Positions 9,639 to 18,810 of a stretch of 64,000 nucleotides of DNA are shown piece after piece. The stretch lies in IMG/VR virus record IMGVR_UViG_3300035661_000010; one strand, written 5' to 3'. Positions within the stretch are counted from its first letter, which is position 1. Each line of letters opens with the position of its first letter. Below the pieces are notes generated by a model that was given only the letters and a program-made list of their open reading frames with translations, was not told the DNA's origin and searched no databases. The DNA is from a virus. Position numbers and translations under genes: made by a program.

Positions 9639-10424
9639 ATGAGAGTTCTGGTAGTCGCTCCGCATGCGGATGACGAAGTGCTCGGAGCTGGTGGGTACAT
9701 GGCGAAGCTCGCCAACGCTGGTCACGAGGTCTTCGTCTTGATCATGTGCGATCGTTCAGAGGGGCATTCGTACGATCCGCAGTTGATCGGATTCCTTCGC
9801 GATTGCGCCCTGAAAGCAAACGCGATTCTTGGAACGAAAGCGGTGTTCTTCGCTCACCTTCGCGAGGAACGACTTGACACGTCACTTTCGGACGTCATCG
9901 TTCCGATTGAGAAGCACATTGCCATGATCCGTCCATCACTTGTGATGCTGCCGCATCGAGGCGACGTGAACCAAGATCATCGAGCGGTCTTCGAGGCTGG
10001 GCTTGTGGCCACGCGCACGCTCGGTAACTGGGAAGACAAGTACACCGAGAACGAGCTCCGCGGCGCCGCTTCTCCGTACAAGCAGAAGGAGAAGACGGCT
10101 CGACGTTACAACGTGCAGAAGGTCCTCTGTTACGAGGTCCCCTCAACGACAGAGCAAGCTCCGCCAGGGTGGGGGTTCAATCCGAATGTCTTCGTCGACA
10201 TCACCGACACTCTGGAACAAAAGGTAAGAGCTCTCGCTTGCTACACCAGCGAGACGGATGCCTTTCCGTTTCCTCGATCTCTCGAAGGTATGCGAGTGGT
10301 CGCTAGGTTCAGAGGTATGGCTGCCTCCTTCGAAGCCGCCGAGGCGTTCGAGTTGAAAAGGGAGATCGTGTTCACTACCAACGGAAGCAGTACGACGAAG
10401 AGTAAGGTGAAGAGGAAGCGATGA
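9639..10424 (+). CDS. PIG-L/LmbE family N-acetyl-sugar deacetylase
   Basis: VVAPHADDEVLGAGG, HRGDVNQDH, YEVPS, FVDITDTLEQKVRALACYTSE and AEAF. Confidence 0.92.
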   Translation: MRVLVVAPHADDEVLGAGGYMAKLANAGHEVFVLIMCDRSEGHSYDPQLIGFLRDCALKANAILGTKAVFFAHLREERLDTSLSDVIVPIEKHIAMIRPSLVMLPHRGDVNQDHRAVFEAGLVATRTLGNWEDKYTENELRGAASPYKQKEKTARRYNVQKVLCYEVPSTTEQAPPGWGFNPNVFVDITDTLEQKVRALACYTSETDAFPFPRSLEGMRVVARFRGMAASFEAAEAFELKREIVFTTNGSSTTKSKVKRKR

Positions 10425-10951
10425 GTGAAAAGATCGGAGAGTTCAGGATCTCGAACCTCGTTCCTGAGGACTACGCATCGATCATCTCTGTCGAGATATC
10501 GGCCTTCAGTGGAGACAAGGTGATGGGCGTCGAAAACATCGCGGACCTGTACGTGTACGACGGACTCAGGTTCTCGCTCAAAGCCACTGTGGACGACAGT
10601 GACATGGTTGGCTACATGCTCGTGCACGTGATGGCGGAGAACGAGAGTCGTCGCATGCTCTACCTGGCTGACTTCGCCGTCAGACCAGAGTTTCAACGCA
10701 TGAACGTCGGATGGCAGATGATGCGGTCGTTCATGTGCGCGATGAAAGAAGAGAGGGTTGTTACGCTCTTCGACATGGAGCTTGTCGAAGGCTCACACAA
10801 GATGATGGAGAAGCGTCGCGACGACATATCGAAGCTCGGGTGGGAGAAGCTGAGCGAGCACAAGCTCTCCGACTATCACGGCGATCAAGACCATGCCTGG
10901 TACCACCTGTACGCGCTCTGCCCGAAAGACACCGATGCTGGTTCAAGATGA
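10421..10951 (+). CDS. GNAT family N-acetyltransferase
   Basis: MVGYML...LYLADFAVRPEFQRMNVGWQMM (acetyl-CoA-binding motif A). Confidence 0.8.
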   Translation: MSEKIGEFRISNLVPEDYASIISVEISAFSGDKVMGVENIADLYVYDGLRFSLKATVDDSDMVGYMLVHVMAENESRRMLYLADFAVRPEFQRMNVGWQMMRSFMCAMKEERVVTLFDMELVEGSHKMMEKRRDDISKLGWEKLSEHKLSDYHGDQDHAWYHLYALCPKDTDAGSR

Positions 10952-11810
10952 ACACTTGGTGGACTCGCTCTTCCTCGATCTGAAAGAGAAGAACGCGCAG
11001 CACGTAGCGGACACCCTCTGGTATCGAAAGGCCATCACTGGTCGCGCCAAGCCGTTTGTGTTCATTGGTCGACAGAGTCATGTGTTCGCGTGGCAGCTCG
11101 AAAGCGGAGCCTCTGAAGTGTGGGGCGGCGAGACGTTCGTGGAGCAAGATGCGCTTCCGATGAACGAGGTCGACGCTTGTCAGTTCGTCGAGGAAATGCC
11201 GAAACCTTTTTGGTCGTTCACGTCTGGCGCCCATGAGATCTTGAAGCCAAAGCTCCAGGACGAGTACTCGTCGATGCGGATCGATCTTTGTCCATATCGA
11301 TCGATGGAAGAGTACGAGGCCACGGTCTGGTCGAGCAAGCGTCGCCGAAACCTGACTCAAGAACTTCGCCAGTACGACAGGTTCAGTAGATCGCTGTCGA
11401 CACTATTTGATGCGCGGGATCTGTCATGGTTGCTGGACCTGAATGCGACTGTGTCCATCAAGATGGGCGAGGTTCCGTACTACGAGAGTGGCAACAGGCT
11501 CGGAGGCTTGTGCAAGCTTCTCGGAACTGCGTCTGCGCTGGGATTCTATCGGTGCCTCAAGATCTACGATGGCGAGCGCCTCGCGGCGGCGGAAGTGTTT
11601 GTCGAGCATGCGCCGACCAGATCGATCCTGTCATTCATGGGGCACGCGCTTCCTGAATACTCAGGACTCGGAAAAGTCCTGTACAAAGAAGTGATCGCCA
11701 GAGCCATCAGCGTTGGAATCGAAACGGTCGACGTTGGAAATTACAAGAGCGACATCAAACTTCTGTTCAAGTATCGACCGCTGCCAACGTACGACGTGGA
11801 GATTGTGTGA
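10935..11810 (+). CDS. GNAT-fold protein (FemABX/BcsL-like acyl or aminoacyl transferase)
   Basis: IDL...SMEEYEATVWSSKRRRNL, YDGERLAAA and YSGLGKVLYKEVIARAISVGIETVDVG...K, the typical GNAT_6/Fem-like C-terminus. Confidence 0.7.
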   Translation: MLVQDEHLVDSLFLDLKEKNAQHVADTLWYRKAITGRAKPFVFIGRQSHVFAWQLESGASEVWGGETFVEQDALPMNEVDACQFVEEMPKPFWSFTSGAHEILKPKLQDEYSSMRIDLCPYRSMEEYEATVWSSKRRRNLTQELRQYDRFSRSLSTLFDARDLSWLLDLNATVSIKMGEVPYYESGNRLGGLCKLLGTASALGFYRCLKIYDGERLAAAEVFVEHAPTRSILSFMGHALPEYSGLGKVLYKEVIARAISVGIETVDVGNYKSDIKLLFKYRPLPTYDVEIV

Positions 11811-13189
11811 TGAAAAAGGTCTTTGTTACAGGAACATGGGGCCGACCGAACGGACTCGAAGCCAACATCTATCGTTCAACCAACGGAGACGCACTCGTTC
11901 GTCGATACCCGGACTTCGATGAGTACGACGTTTGGAAGAATGCACATACCACCGCGGATCACGATCCGTTTGGTGACGGCGAGAAGAGAGACTGGGCCAA
12001 GTACTACGGTCACATTGACTCGATGATCAAGAGCGGCAAATGGGACGCGATCATCTGCTGTTTCCTCGACGATGCCATCACTGGAGGGATGTCCAAGTAC
12101 GCGGAGAAGATTCCAACGCTGTGCGTGAACAGAGAAGCGGCCAGGCTCGAGGACGACCGATGGTTTGCTCGATCGGTTACGTCGAAGTACGGCGTGGCCG
12201 CTTCTGCAATGGAGCTCGTCCGGACAAAGCAGGAGGCGCTTGCCTTCCTGAGTAACGACTGCCCGTGGGAGGGATGCGTTGTGAAACTGCTCGACTCCAC
12301 GACACATGAGGTCGTTGCGGAGATCTACGATACGAAGAAGGAAGCCATCTCGGCCATCGAGTCGCGGCCAGACGCTTGGTTTCCGAGCGTCATCGAAGAG
12401 AAGCTGTCTGGTCACGAAGTCGCGTTCTCGGTGCTCGTCAGCCACGAAACAGACCAGATCATCCCGATGGTCACCGATTTCGAGTACACGCGGTTGGCCA
12501 CCGGAGACCTGGGTCGAGAGACGAGCGAGATGGGCTCGCACGACATCGCTGGAGTCTCTGACAGGGTGCTCCAGGAAATCTTTTGGCCAATGATGCCTTG
12601 GTTCAAGGAGGTCGGCTACACGGGCTGGCTCGATGCGAGCTGCATGTACAATCCGAAGACAGACACGCTAACGGTTTTCGAGTTCATGACCAGACTTGGA
12701 AGTAGCCAGTTCGAGCTGGCGATGACACTGCTCGGCACGGACTTCTCGGAAATCGTCCAGAGGATGCACCGAAAGGCCCTTCGTCCAGACGATGTCCGGT
12801 GGCGGTACAAGCACGGTGTAGGCGTTGTGGTCTGCGACAGCTACGCGATGACCGGAGAAAGTGACCGCCGACACATTGTTTCCGGTCCGGTGAAGGAACT
12901 GATCTACGGTCGCGTCTTCGCCGACTACGGCTTCCAGACGCTGTCGAGAATGAACTGTGTCTTCGACAAGCAGGAACGCATGGTGACGAGAGGCGATCGC
13001 GTCTACAACGCCATTGGAGCTGGTGACACGTTTCCCATCGCGAAGAAGCATGCCTACAGCGTTGCTCGGTTCTGCAAGTTCACGGGCGCGTACTACAGGA
13101 CAGACATCGGCTATCGCTGGGAAGACGATGAGGCGAAGGGCGCGCTGGGTGAGAGCGGGGTCCTTCCGAGAGGCTGGTACCGAGAATGA
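11807..13189 (+). CDS. divergent PurD-like (GAR synthetase fold) ATP-grasp amide ligase
   Basis: AARLEDDR, IEEKLSGHE, EYTRLATGDLGRETSEMG (compare PurD DHKR...GDxGPNTGGMG), EFMTRLG (compare EFNxRFG) and C-terminal TRGDRV...AY...YYRTDIG. Confidence 0.8.
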   Translation: MMKKVFVTGTWGRPNGLEANIYRSTNGDALVRRYPDFDEYDVWKNAHTTADHDPFGDGEKRDWAKYYGHIDSMIKSGKWDAIICCFLDDAITGGMSKYAEKIPTLCVNREAARLEDDRWFARSVTSKYGVAASAMELVRTKQEALAFLSNDCPWEGCVVKLLDSTTHEVVAEIYDTKKEAISAIESRPDAWFPSVIEEKLSGHEVAFSVLVSHETDQIIPMVTDFEYTRLATGDLGRETSEMGSHDIAGVSDRVLQEIFWPMMPWFKEVGYTGWLDASCMYNPKTDTLTVFEFMTRLGSSQFELAMTLLGTDFSEIVQRMHRKALRPDDVRWRYKHGVGVVVCDSYAMTGESDRRHIVSGPVKELIYGRVFADYGFQTLSRMNCVFDKQERMVTRGDRVYNAIGAGDTFPIAKKHAYSVARFCKFTGAYYRTDIGYRWEDDEAKGALGESGVLPRGWYRE

Positions 13190-13764
13190 AGGTCAAGATT
13201 TCGTTATGGAATCCGCTCGAAGACGTGATCGAAACGTTCATGTTTTTGCTTGGATTGTCGGGCTCCATCGTCTTCATGCGTCACAGGTGGCTGGCGCTTG
13301 CTGCCGCGCTGATTGGTGCCCTTGGAGCCGCGAGACTCCTGACCCAGGCCATCGGGCGTTCGCGTCTGCGCAACAGCATGCGTTACGTCACAGTCCACGG
13401 GCTCATGATCGTTGGGAACCGGGTACCCTCTCCAGAGTACGTGGAGCAGGTGATTTCGGAGACGTTCGAGTGGCTCACCGAAAACGCACGGTTCGAGGAG
13501 AAAGACTTCGAGAGACTGCTTCATGGGTGTGTTCTCGAAGTCATCGACGCACCGTTGCCGGAGTGGTGCGACCTCACATGCCCGTGGGCATTGCTTCCAT
13601 GGGACTCAGGCAAGTGGATGCGTTGCGGAATGAACGATGGGCGCAAGCTACCGGCTCTGCCGCATGTTTTGTTACATCGCGCGATGTACGTGAAGTATGG
13701 GATGATCGAGTCAGTTGATGTGCATGAAGCGGCCGATGACGTCGGCTTCGATAGGACGGGCTGA
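13186..13764 (+). CDS. hypothetical membrane protein
   Basis: Two N-terminal hydrophobic segments; ATGA-coupled. Confidence 0.55.
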   Translation: MKVKISLWNPLEDVIETFMFLLGLSGSIVFMRHRWLALAAALIGALGAARLLTQAIGRSRLRNSMRYVTVHGLMIVGNRVPSPEYVEQVISETFEWLTENARFEEKDFERLLHGCVLEVIDAPLPEWCDLTCPWALLPWDSGKWMRCGMNDGRKLPALPHVLLHRAMYVKYGMIESVDVHEAADDVGFDRTG

Positions 13765-13766
13765 AC

Positions 13767-14795
13767 ATGGCGAATGAAAAGAAAAAGACGCAGCCCGTAT
13801 CTACGGACCCGCCGGCGCCTGCTACCGAAACGTTGCCGTCAGCTCCCATGCCGCCCACTCCAGCGTTCGACATGGCGATGCCCCCAATTCCGTCACTGGC
13901 CGGGGCAAGTCTTCCGGCCTTTGCGATGACTCGCATAGAGACGGTCAAGACTGAGGTTCACAACGCTGAGCCTGTGACCGAGAGCAAGTCGCTCAAGGTG
14001 TGGGACGTTCCGGTCGACCTCATCGATCCAAACGTAGACAACCCGAACGAGATGGACGAGGAGACCTTCAACGTTCTCGCAGAAGAGATCGACGAGCAGC
14101 ACGAAGGTTCACCTGGCTTCATCGAACCGATTCACCTGGTCCGCTTGAACAACGGTCGATTCCAGCTCGTTGGCGGAGAGCACCGATGGCGAGCAGTGAA
14201 GGCTCTCGGTAGGAAGACGATTCCAGCCTTGATCTTCGAGGGAGGCAATTGGGACAAGGAGGAGTTCCGGGAGTTCATGCTCTTCCGCTTGAACCACCTC
14301 CGCGGCAGTTTGAACACCGACAAGTTCCTGAAGCTGTACCAGAAGCATGCCGAGAAATATGGCAACGAGCAGCTTCAAAGGCTCTACGCCTTCACCGACA
14401 AGGACTACTGGGCAAGCCTCACGGGAGGCACGAAGCAGGCGCTCAAGGACATGGGCATGTCGCAGGAGATGCTCAACGACTTCGACGAGAAGAGCAAAGA
14501 GGTAAAGACGGTCGACGACCTCGCCTCCATCCTGAATGGCTTGTTCTCGAAATACGGGAACGACCTTCGGTACAACTTCATGGTCTTCGTTTTCGGCGGC
14601 AAAGAGCATCTCATGATCCGAATGGACAAGGAGATGACTGCCCAGATGGAGAAAGTGAAGAGGTTCTGTCGAGACAATCAGATCGACGTGAACCTGCTCT
14701 TCAAGCCAGTGGTGAGTCGCATCAAGGACTTCGCAGAAGATCCAGAGACGCTGGCCAGGCTGAAGTCGACCGGTGAAGTCGACGGCTTCAAGTGA
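13767..14795 (+). CDS. ParB/Srx N-terminal domain protein
   Basis: VPVDLIDPNVDNPNEM...GFIEPI...FQLVGGEHRWRAVKALG...IPA; N-terminus is Pro-rich. Confidence 0.88.
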   Translation: MANEKKKTQPVSTDPPAPATETLPSAPMPPTPAFDMAMPPIPSLAGASLPAFAMTRIETVKTEVHNAEPVTESKSLKVWDVPVDLIDPNVDNPNEMDEETFNVLAEEIDEQHEGSPGFIEPIHLVRLNNGRFQLVGGEHRWRAVKALGRKTIPALIFEGGNWDKEEFREFMLFRLNHLRGSLNTDKFLKLYQKHAEKYGNEQLQRLYAFTDKDYWASLTGGTKQALKDMGMSQEMLNDFDEKSKEVKTVDDLASILNGLFSKYGNDLRYNFMVFVFGGKEHLMIRMDKEMTAQMEKVKRFCRDNQIDVNLLFKPVVSRIKDFAEDPETLARLKSTGEVDGFK

Positions 14796-14913
14796 CGTAA
14801 TCTCGCAAACATAGACTCGTTGACACGCGGCAGATTTGCATGCGGACGCGAACGTGTGTCATGGTGCCGGGCCTCGCATCCGGCTGGGCAGTACGACAAC
14901 AAGGAGAGAGACG

Positions 14914-15636
14914 ATGAACTTGGTGATGTCAATCGTTGTGTGGCTTGTGAGTGCGATGATCGGCTGGGTTCCATTGACCGATCACCGCGGCAACGGAGAT
15001 ACGCAGGCTCAGACGGAGCAGAGGTATGAGGACATCGCGCTCGACGCGTTGAAGGTTGCCTTCGACGAGAACGAGAAGCCGATCTTCTCTGGAGAGTTTG
15101 GTCGTACCAGGACGGCGCTCCTCATGCTTGCCATCTCGCGATGGGAGTCGAACTACGCCAAGAGGATTGACAGCGGTGACTGTCGCAAGGGTGAATGCGA
15201 CAACGGCATGGCAATGTGCATCATGCAGGTACACGCCGAAGGCGGCGGGCTCGTGCTCGAAGGCGACACGTACAAGTTTGCCAACAGCAAGAGCAAGGTT
15301 TGGAGGGACGAGCACTCCGATCAGATCATCGACTTGAAGGCGCTCAAGGATCGAAAGAACTGCTTCAGGGCGGCGCTGCACAAGATTCGCGAATCCTTCA
15401 TGGCGTGTTCGTGGATGTCGGTCGAAGACCGGCTCGGGATCTACACGGGCGAAGGATGCAAGAAAGACGCTGAAGGGCACCCGAAGCCAAACATGCTGAG
15501 CAGAACCAGGGTGAAGACGTACCTCTGGGCCATGAATCGAACGGTGGCGATCCCTGTCAACGATGCAATGATCGCCCCCATGTTTAGGTCGGTCGACGGA
15601 CTGTCAGTGGTGGATACGGCTACCGTGGATCGTTGA
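14914..15636 (+). CDS. secreted lysozyme/lytic-transglycosylase-like protein
   Basis: N-terminal hydrophobic signal and LAISRWES (catalytic E-S) ...CIMQV (GLMQ-like). AGGAG RBS precedes ATG 14914. Confidence 0.5.
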   Translation: MNLVMSIVVWLVSAMIGWVPLTDHRGNGDTQAQTEQRYEDIALDALKVAFDENEKPIFSGEFGRTRTALLMLAISRWESNYAKRIDSGDCRKGECDNGMAMCIMQVHAEGGGLVLEGDTYKFANSKSKVWRDEHSDQIIDLKALKDRKNCFRAALHKIRESFMACSWMSVEDRLGIYTGEGCKKDAEGHPKPNMLSRTRVKTYLWAMNRTVAIPVNDAMIAPMFRSVDGLSVVDTATVDR

Positions 15637-16147
15637 GGACGATGTTGTAGCGACGACTGTCTTCGTTGACCATCTCGTCGTAGTGATGCCTCATGTCCGC
15701 GGGCGTGAGCTCGTGCAGCAGCTCGTATATGGTGGCGACGTGTGCTTCGACTTCGTCGCTGCCATCGTTCATCGTCTGGAGAATTCGGCTCGTATGAGCA
15801 CACGTCCCCATGATGATGATCCGACCATCGGTCAGAGGAAAGAATGGGTAGATCTTGCAGTCGGTTGCCCACTGAACCTTGCCCCCAGCTGAAGGGTGGA
15901 TGCCGCAGCCATGGCTTGAGAGAAACGAGCAGTTTCCGTTGCTGTAGATGGTGAGTCGAACGGTTCCGTCGACGATAGACCCGATATCGGCCATCGTCTG
16001 ATGTAGCGGCTGGTCCTCGATGCTCACTAGAATCTGATCGTCGTCCTTTCCGTGACAGCAGTACGTGCATCCGTCGCTGGCGCAGTCTGTGAAGTAGGCG
16101 ATGGAAGCTGAGAGTCGAGCCCATTTCGATTCTTTGGTTTCGTTCAT
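15620..16147 (-). CDS. YkgJ-like (CxxCxxCC) Cys-cluster protein
   Basis: CASDGCTYCC, CSFL...CGIH and CKIYPF; one of very few minus-strand genes. Confidence 0.7.
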   Translation of the reverse strand: MNETKESKWARLSASIAYFTDCASDGCTYCCHGKDDDQILVSIEDQPLHQTMADIGSIVDGTVRLTIYSNGNCSFLSSHGCGIHPSAGGKVQWATDCKIYPFFPLTDGRIIIMGTCAHTSRILQTMNDGSDEVEAHVATIYELLHELTPADMRHHYDEMVNEDSRRYNIVLNDPR

Positions 16148-16195
16148 GTCAGAGATAGGATGCATCAGGGGCAAGAAAGCCTCAATGGAGGATGC

Positions 16196-17101
16196 ATGGA
16201 TCTTTCGCTCTACAAGGCAGGAGCTCGCCCTGACTCTACGGAACAGCACGACGCGGCTCCGGATTACGAGTCCAAGTACAAAGCCGGGGTCACCAGGATT
16301 TCGTCGCTGTACGTGAACATGGCATCGGACCTTCGCCAGTTCAGTCCCAGGACCAGGCATGACCAGGGCGGCGCAGGTACGTGTGTCACGAACTCCGGGA
16401 CGCGTGGGCTAGAGATCAAGCGCGTCATGAAGTTCTTCGCTGCTGCCAAGGCGCGAGGGCTGTCCGATGCAGATGCTCTGAAAGAGGCGTTTTCCAACCA
16501 CGTAGCTCTCTCTCGGGCTGCCTTGTACTATGAGGCACGCGAGCTGATGGAGCCGATGGAGATCGACAAGGACTCGGGCACTAGAAACTCGCTCGCCGCC
16601 GCCGCCCTGTCGACGTGGGGCGTCCCGCCAGAGGTTCCGATTGTCGGCCGGCCTGCATCTGAGTGCTGGGGGTACTCGGACCAGCTGGCGTACCTCTGTA
16701 CGCCCCCGAGCTGGATGGCGATGAGGAGCGCTGCCGCGCACAAGATCAACGGCTGGGCGAAGCTGAAGTCGACAGGGTCAGATCTCGTCGAAGACGTCAT
16801 CGCGAACCTGGCTGTCGGCAACCCAGTGTGGTGGGCGAAACCGGTCGGAGCGAATTACCTCCAGTACAAGAAAGGCGACGTCATCAGGCCTGTCAACGGA
16901 ACGGTGGCTGGCAACCATGCCACCCTGCTCGTCGGCTGGGATCCGCTCAAGAACGGGGGCGTCTTCTGGGACGAGAACTCGTGGGCGAACTCGTGGGGTG
17001 ATGATGGCTTTGCAATGGTCTCGCCGGACGTCATCGAACAAGAAGGTTTCGACCTGATCGTGCTCGAGGGTGGATGGGAAACATGGCTAGAAACGGTATG
17101 A
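16196..17101 (+). CDS. papain-like C1 family cysteine peptidase
   Basis: DQGGAGTC (catalytic Q/C), NHATLLVGW (H) and ENSWANSWGDDG (N). Confidence 0.9.
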   Translation: MDLSLYKAGARPDSTEQHDAAPDYESKYKAGVTRISSLYVNMASDLRQFSPRTRHDQGGAGTCVTNSGTRGLEIKRVMKFFAAAKARGLSDADALKEAFSNHVALSRAALYYEARELMEPMEIDKDSGTRNSLAAAALSTWGVPPEVPIVGRPASECWGYSDQLAYLCTPPSWMAMRSAAAHKINGWAKLKSTGSDLVEDVIANLAVGNPVWWAKPVGANYLQYKKGDVIRPVNGTVAGNHATLLVGWDPLKNGGVFWDENSWANSWGDDGFAMVSPDVIEQEGFDLIVLEGGWETWLETV

Positions 17102-17546
17102 CCGCTGCACATCGCTTGATTCCAGGCCTCACCAACTGGAAGCGAATGCATCGACGATGCTCTCCGAAGAATAAAGAAAGCGACGTTATTACTTCGACCG
17201 AGGCATTGTGGTTTGCAGTCGATGGAAGACGTTCGATGGGTTCCTGGAAGACATGGGTCAACGACCAACGAAAGATCACACGATCGAGCGTATGAACAAT
17301 GACGGTCCGTACACCAAGTCCAACTGTTGCTGGGCCACCAGGAAGACGCAGGCAAGAAATAGAAGTAGCACTCGACTACTGACGCTCAACGGAAAGACTC
17401 AGTGCTACGCAGCATGGGCAGAGGAAATGGGATTGAGTCAAAATACAATCTACAATCGTCTGAGAATCGGATGGTCTGTTGATGAAGCGCTCACGATGAG
17501 GCCTTCACCATTTGGTAGAGGCATACGGAATCAGGAGGTGGCATGA
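17083..17546 (+). pseudogene. HNH-type endonuclease split by a -1 frameshift near 17175-17180
   Basis: The N-terminal part (WKRMHRRC) and the C-terminal part (YFDRGIVVCSRW...FLEDMG...TIERMNNDGPYTKSNCCWAT) are in different frames, and the second frame has TAA at 17172-17174. Confidence 0.7.
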
Positions 17547-17914
17547 GTACGTTCAAGAAAGCGTCCCAGGTCTTCGTTTGCTTTGTGGCCTCGCTGATCG
17601 TGATCGCGTGTGGAGGTTCGAACCAGATCCCTACGCATCACGCAGCCACGGACACCGCGAGCTGCGATTCGGCCTGCAAGCACTTGCGGGGCGAAGATGG
17701 ATCTGGGTTGAATTGCCCGGAGGGTCAGCCGCTCCAGCCGGACAAGGAGCATCCGAAGGGACAGACCTGCACTGAGTTCTGTGAGTACACGCAGAGCCAG
17801 GGACATGCCCTACACCCGTCGTGCGTCGTGAACGTGAAGTCGTGCGAAGAAATCGAGCCACTCTGTCAGCGAAAGAGCTCACTGAATGGTGCCGAACCAA
17901 GCCCTTTTCACTAG
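17543..17914 (+). CDS. Cys-rich putative lipoprotein
   Basis: Signal peptide ending in IVIA-C (lipobox-like), many cysteines, strong GGAGG RBS. Confidence 0.65.
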   Translation: MSTFKKASQVFVCFVASLIVIACGGSNQIPTHHAATDTASCDSACKHLRGEDGSGLNCPEGQPLQPDKEHPKGQTCTEFCEYTQSQGHALHPSCVVNVKSCEEIEPLCQRKSSLNGAEPSPFH

Positions 17915-18129
17915 TCCCACGGCCCCCTCTAGATAGAATCAAACTCTCCCCCTCCCACCCAATCGGGGGGGGCGGTCTACGTTCGTTTCGGACAGATACC
18001 CGTGGTTTTCGATACGGAACACACTGGGCCGCACCAACGCATGCGGCTGATGTCCGCGACACTTTGATGGACGACGATGTCCGGCTCGCCCAACAGACGC
18101 GACTCGGTCACCGCCTTTGGAGGACTCCC

Positions 18130-18570
18130 ATGAGTATGGACAGACGGCTTTGCGCTCTACTGCACGAATGGATCTCGATGCTGAAGCCCAACGGCGTCTA
18201 CGAAGACTGGATGATATGTGACCTGGAGAAGGTCGGCATCCTGTACGACGAGAAGGCCAAGATGATCGGCAACGTGAACATGGGCATGCATCCGATCCGT
18301 GTCTTCACGCTTGATGAGTGGTGTGAGCGTTTCAAGAAAGAGGCCGACGCCAAGAGCGAGCTCTCTGGAACGCTGCCAGAGAGCTGGAAGGGAATGCTTG
18401 GTGTCGAGATTGCAGAAGACATCTGCAAGATGCTCAACATGCCGCCCATCTGGATGAACTTCACGGGCCAGGAGCACAGGTTCAACGCCTGCTTGGACAT
18501 GCTGAAGCACGTAGCCAACATGGAGCAAGGTCATGGACAGAAAAAGACACCTCAAGGCCCTGCGGGCTGA
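18130..18570 (+). CDS. hypothetical protein
   Basis: GGAGG RBS before ATG 18130; normal codon usage. Confidence 0.6.
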   Translation: MSMDRRLCALLHEWISMLKPNGVYEDWMICDLEKVGILYDEKAKMIGNVNMGMHPIRVFTLDEWCERFKKEADAKSELSGTLPESWKGMLGVEIAEDICKMLNMPPIWMNFTGQEHRFNACLDMLKHVANMEQGHGQKKTPQGPAG

Positions 18571-18585
18571 TCTCGATACCGCAAC

Positions 18586-18810
18586 GTGTACAGAGCTATC
18601 GACGCGACCATCTCGTCGATGATCGACATTGCGCGCTACGACAAAGGCTGGACCACCCCATTCACGGTCGGATGCGACGCCTGCTGCTATGACTTTGCTC
18701 TCGTCACTCAGTACGAGATCATTCCGATCATCGACTCGCTCCGAAGGCTGCCAGCATCATCAAAGGAGAAGATGCGAGCCTCGCTTGAGGCTCGGGTCTC
18801 CAAGATGTAG
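18586..18810 (+). pseudogene. truncated YkgJ-like fragment
   Basis: GCDACC followed by VTQYE-like helix, then an early stop with no C-terminal cysteine motifs. Confidence 0.35.

Noticed and set aside
11807-13189. PurZ / 2-aminoadenine (Z-genome) pathway, suggested by a purine-like enzyme plus an HD hydrolase
   Set aside because: PurZ has the PurA fold, whereas this protein has a PurD ATP-grasp fold. The HD protein looks like ordinary YfbR/YfdR, and no MazZ-like gene is seen.
17989-18056. Hammerhead ribozyme (CTGATG next to a three-way junction)
   Set aside because: The core reads CTGATGT, not CUGANGA, and no GAAA is correctly placed on either strand.
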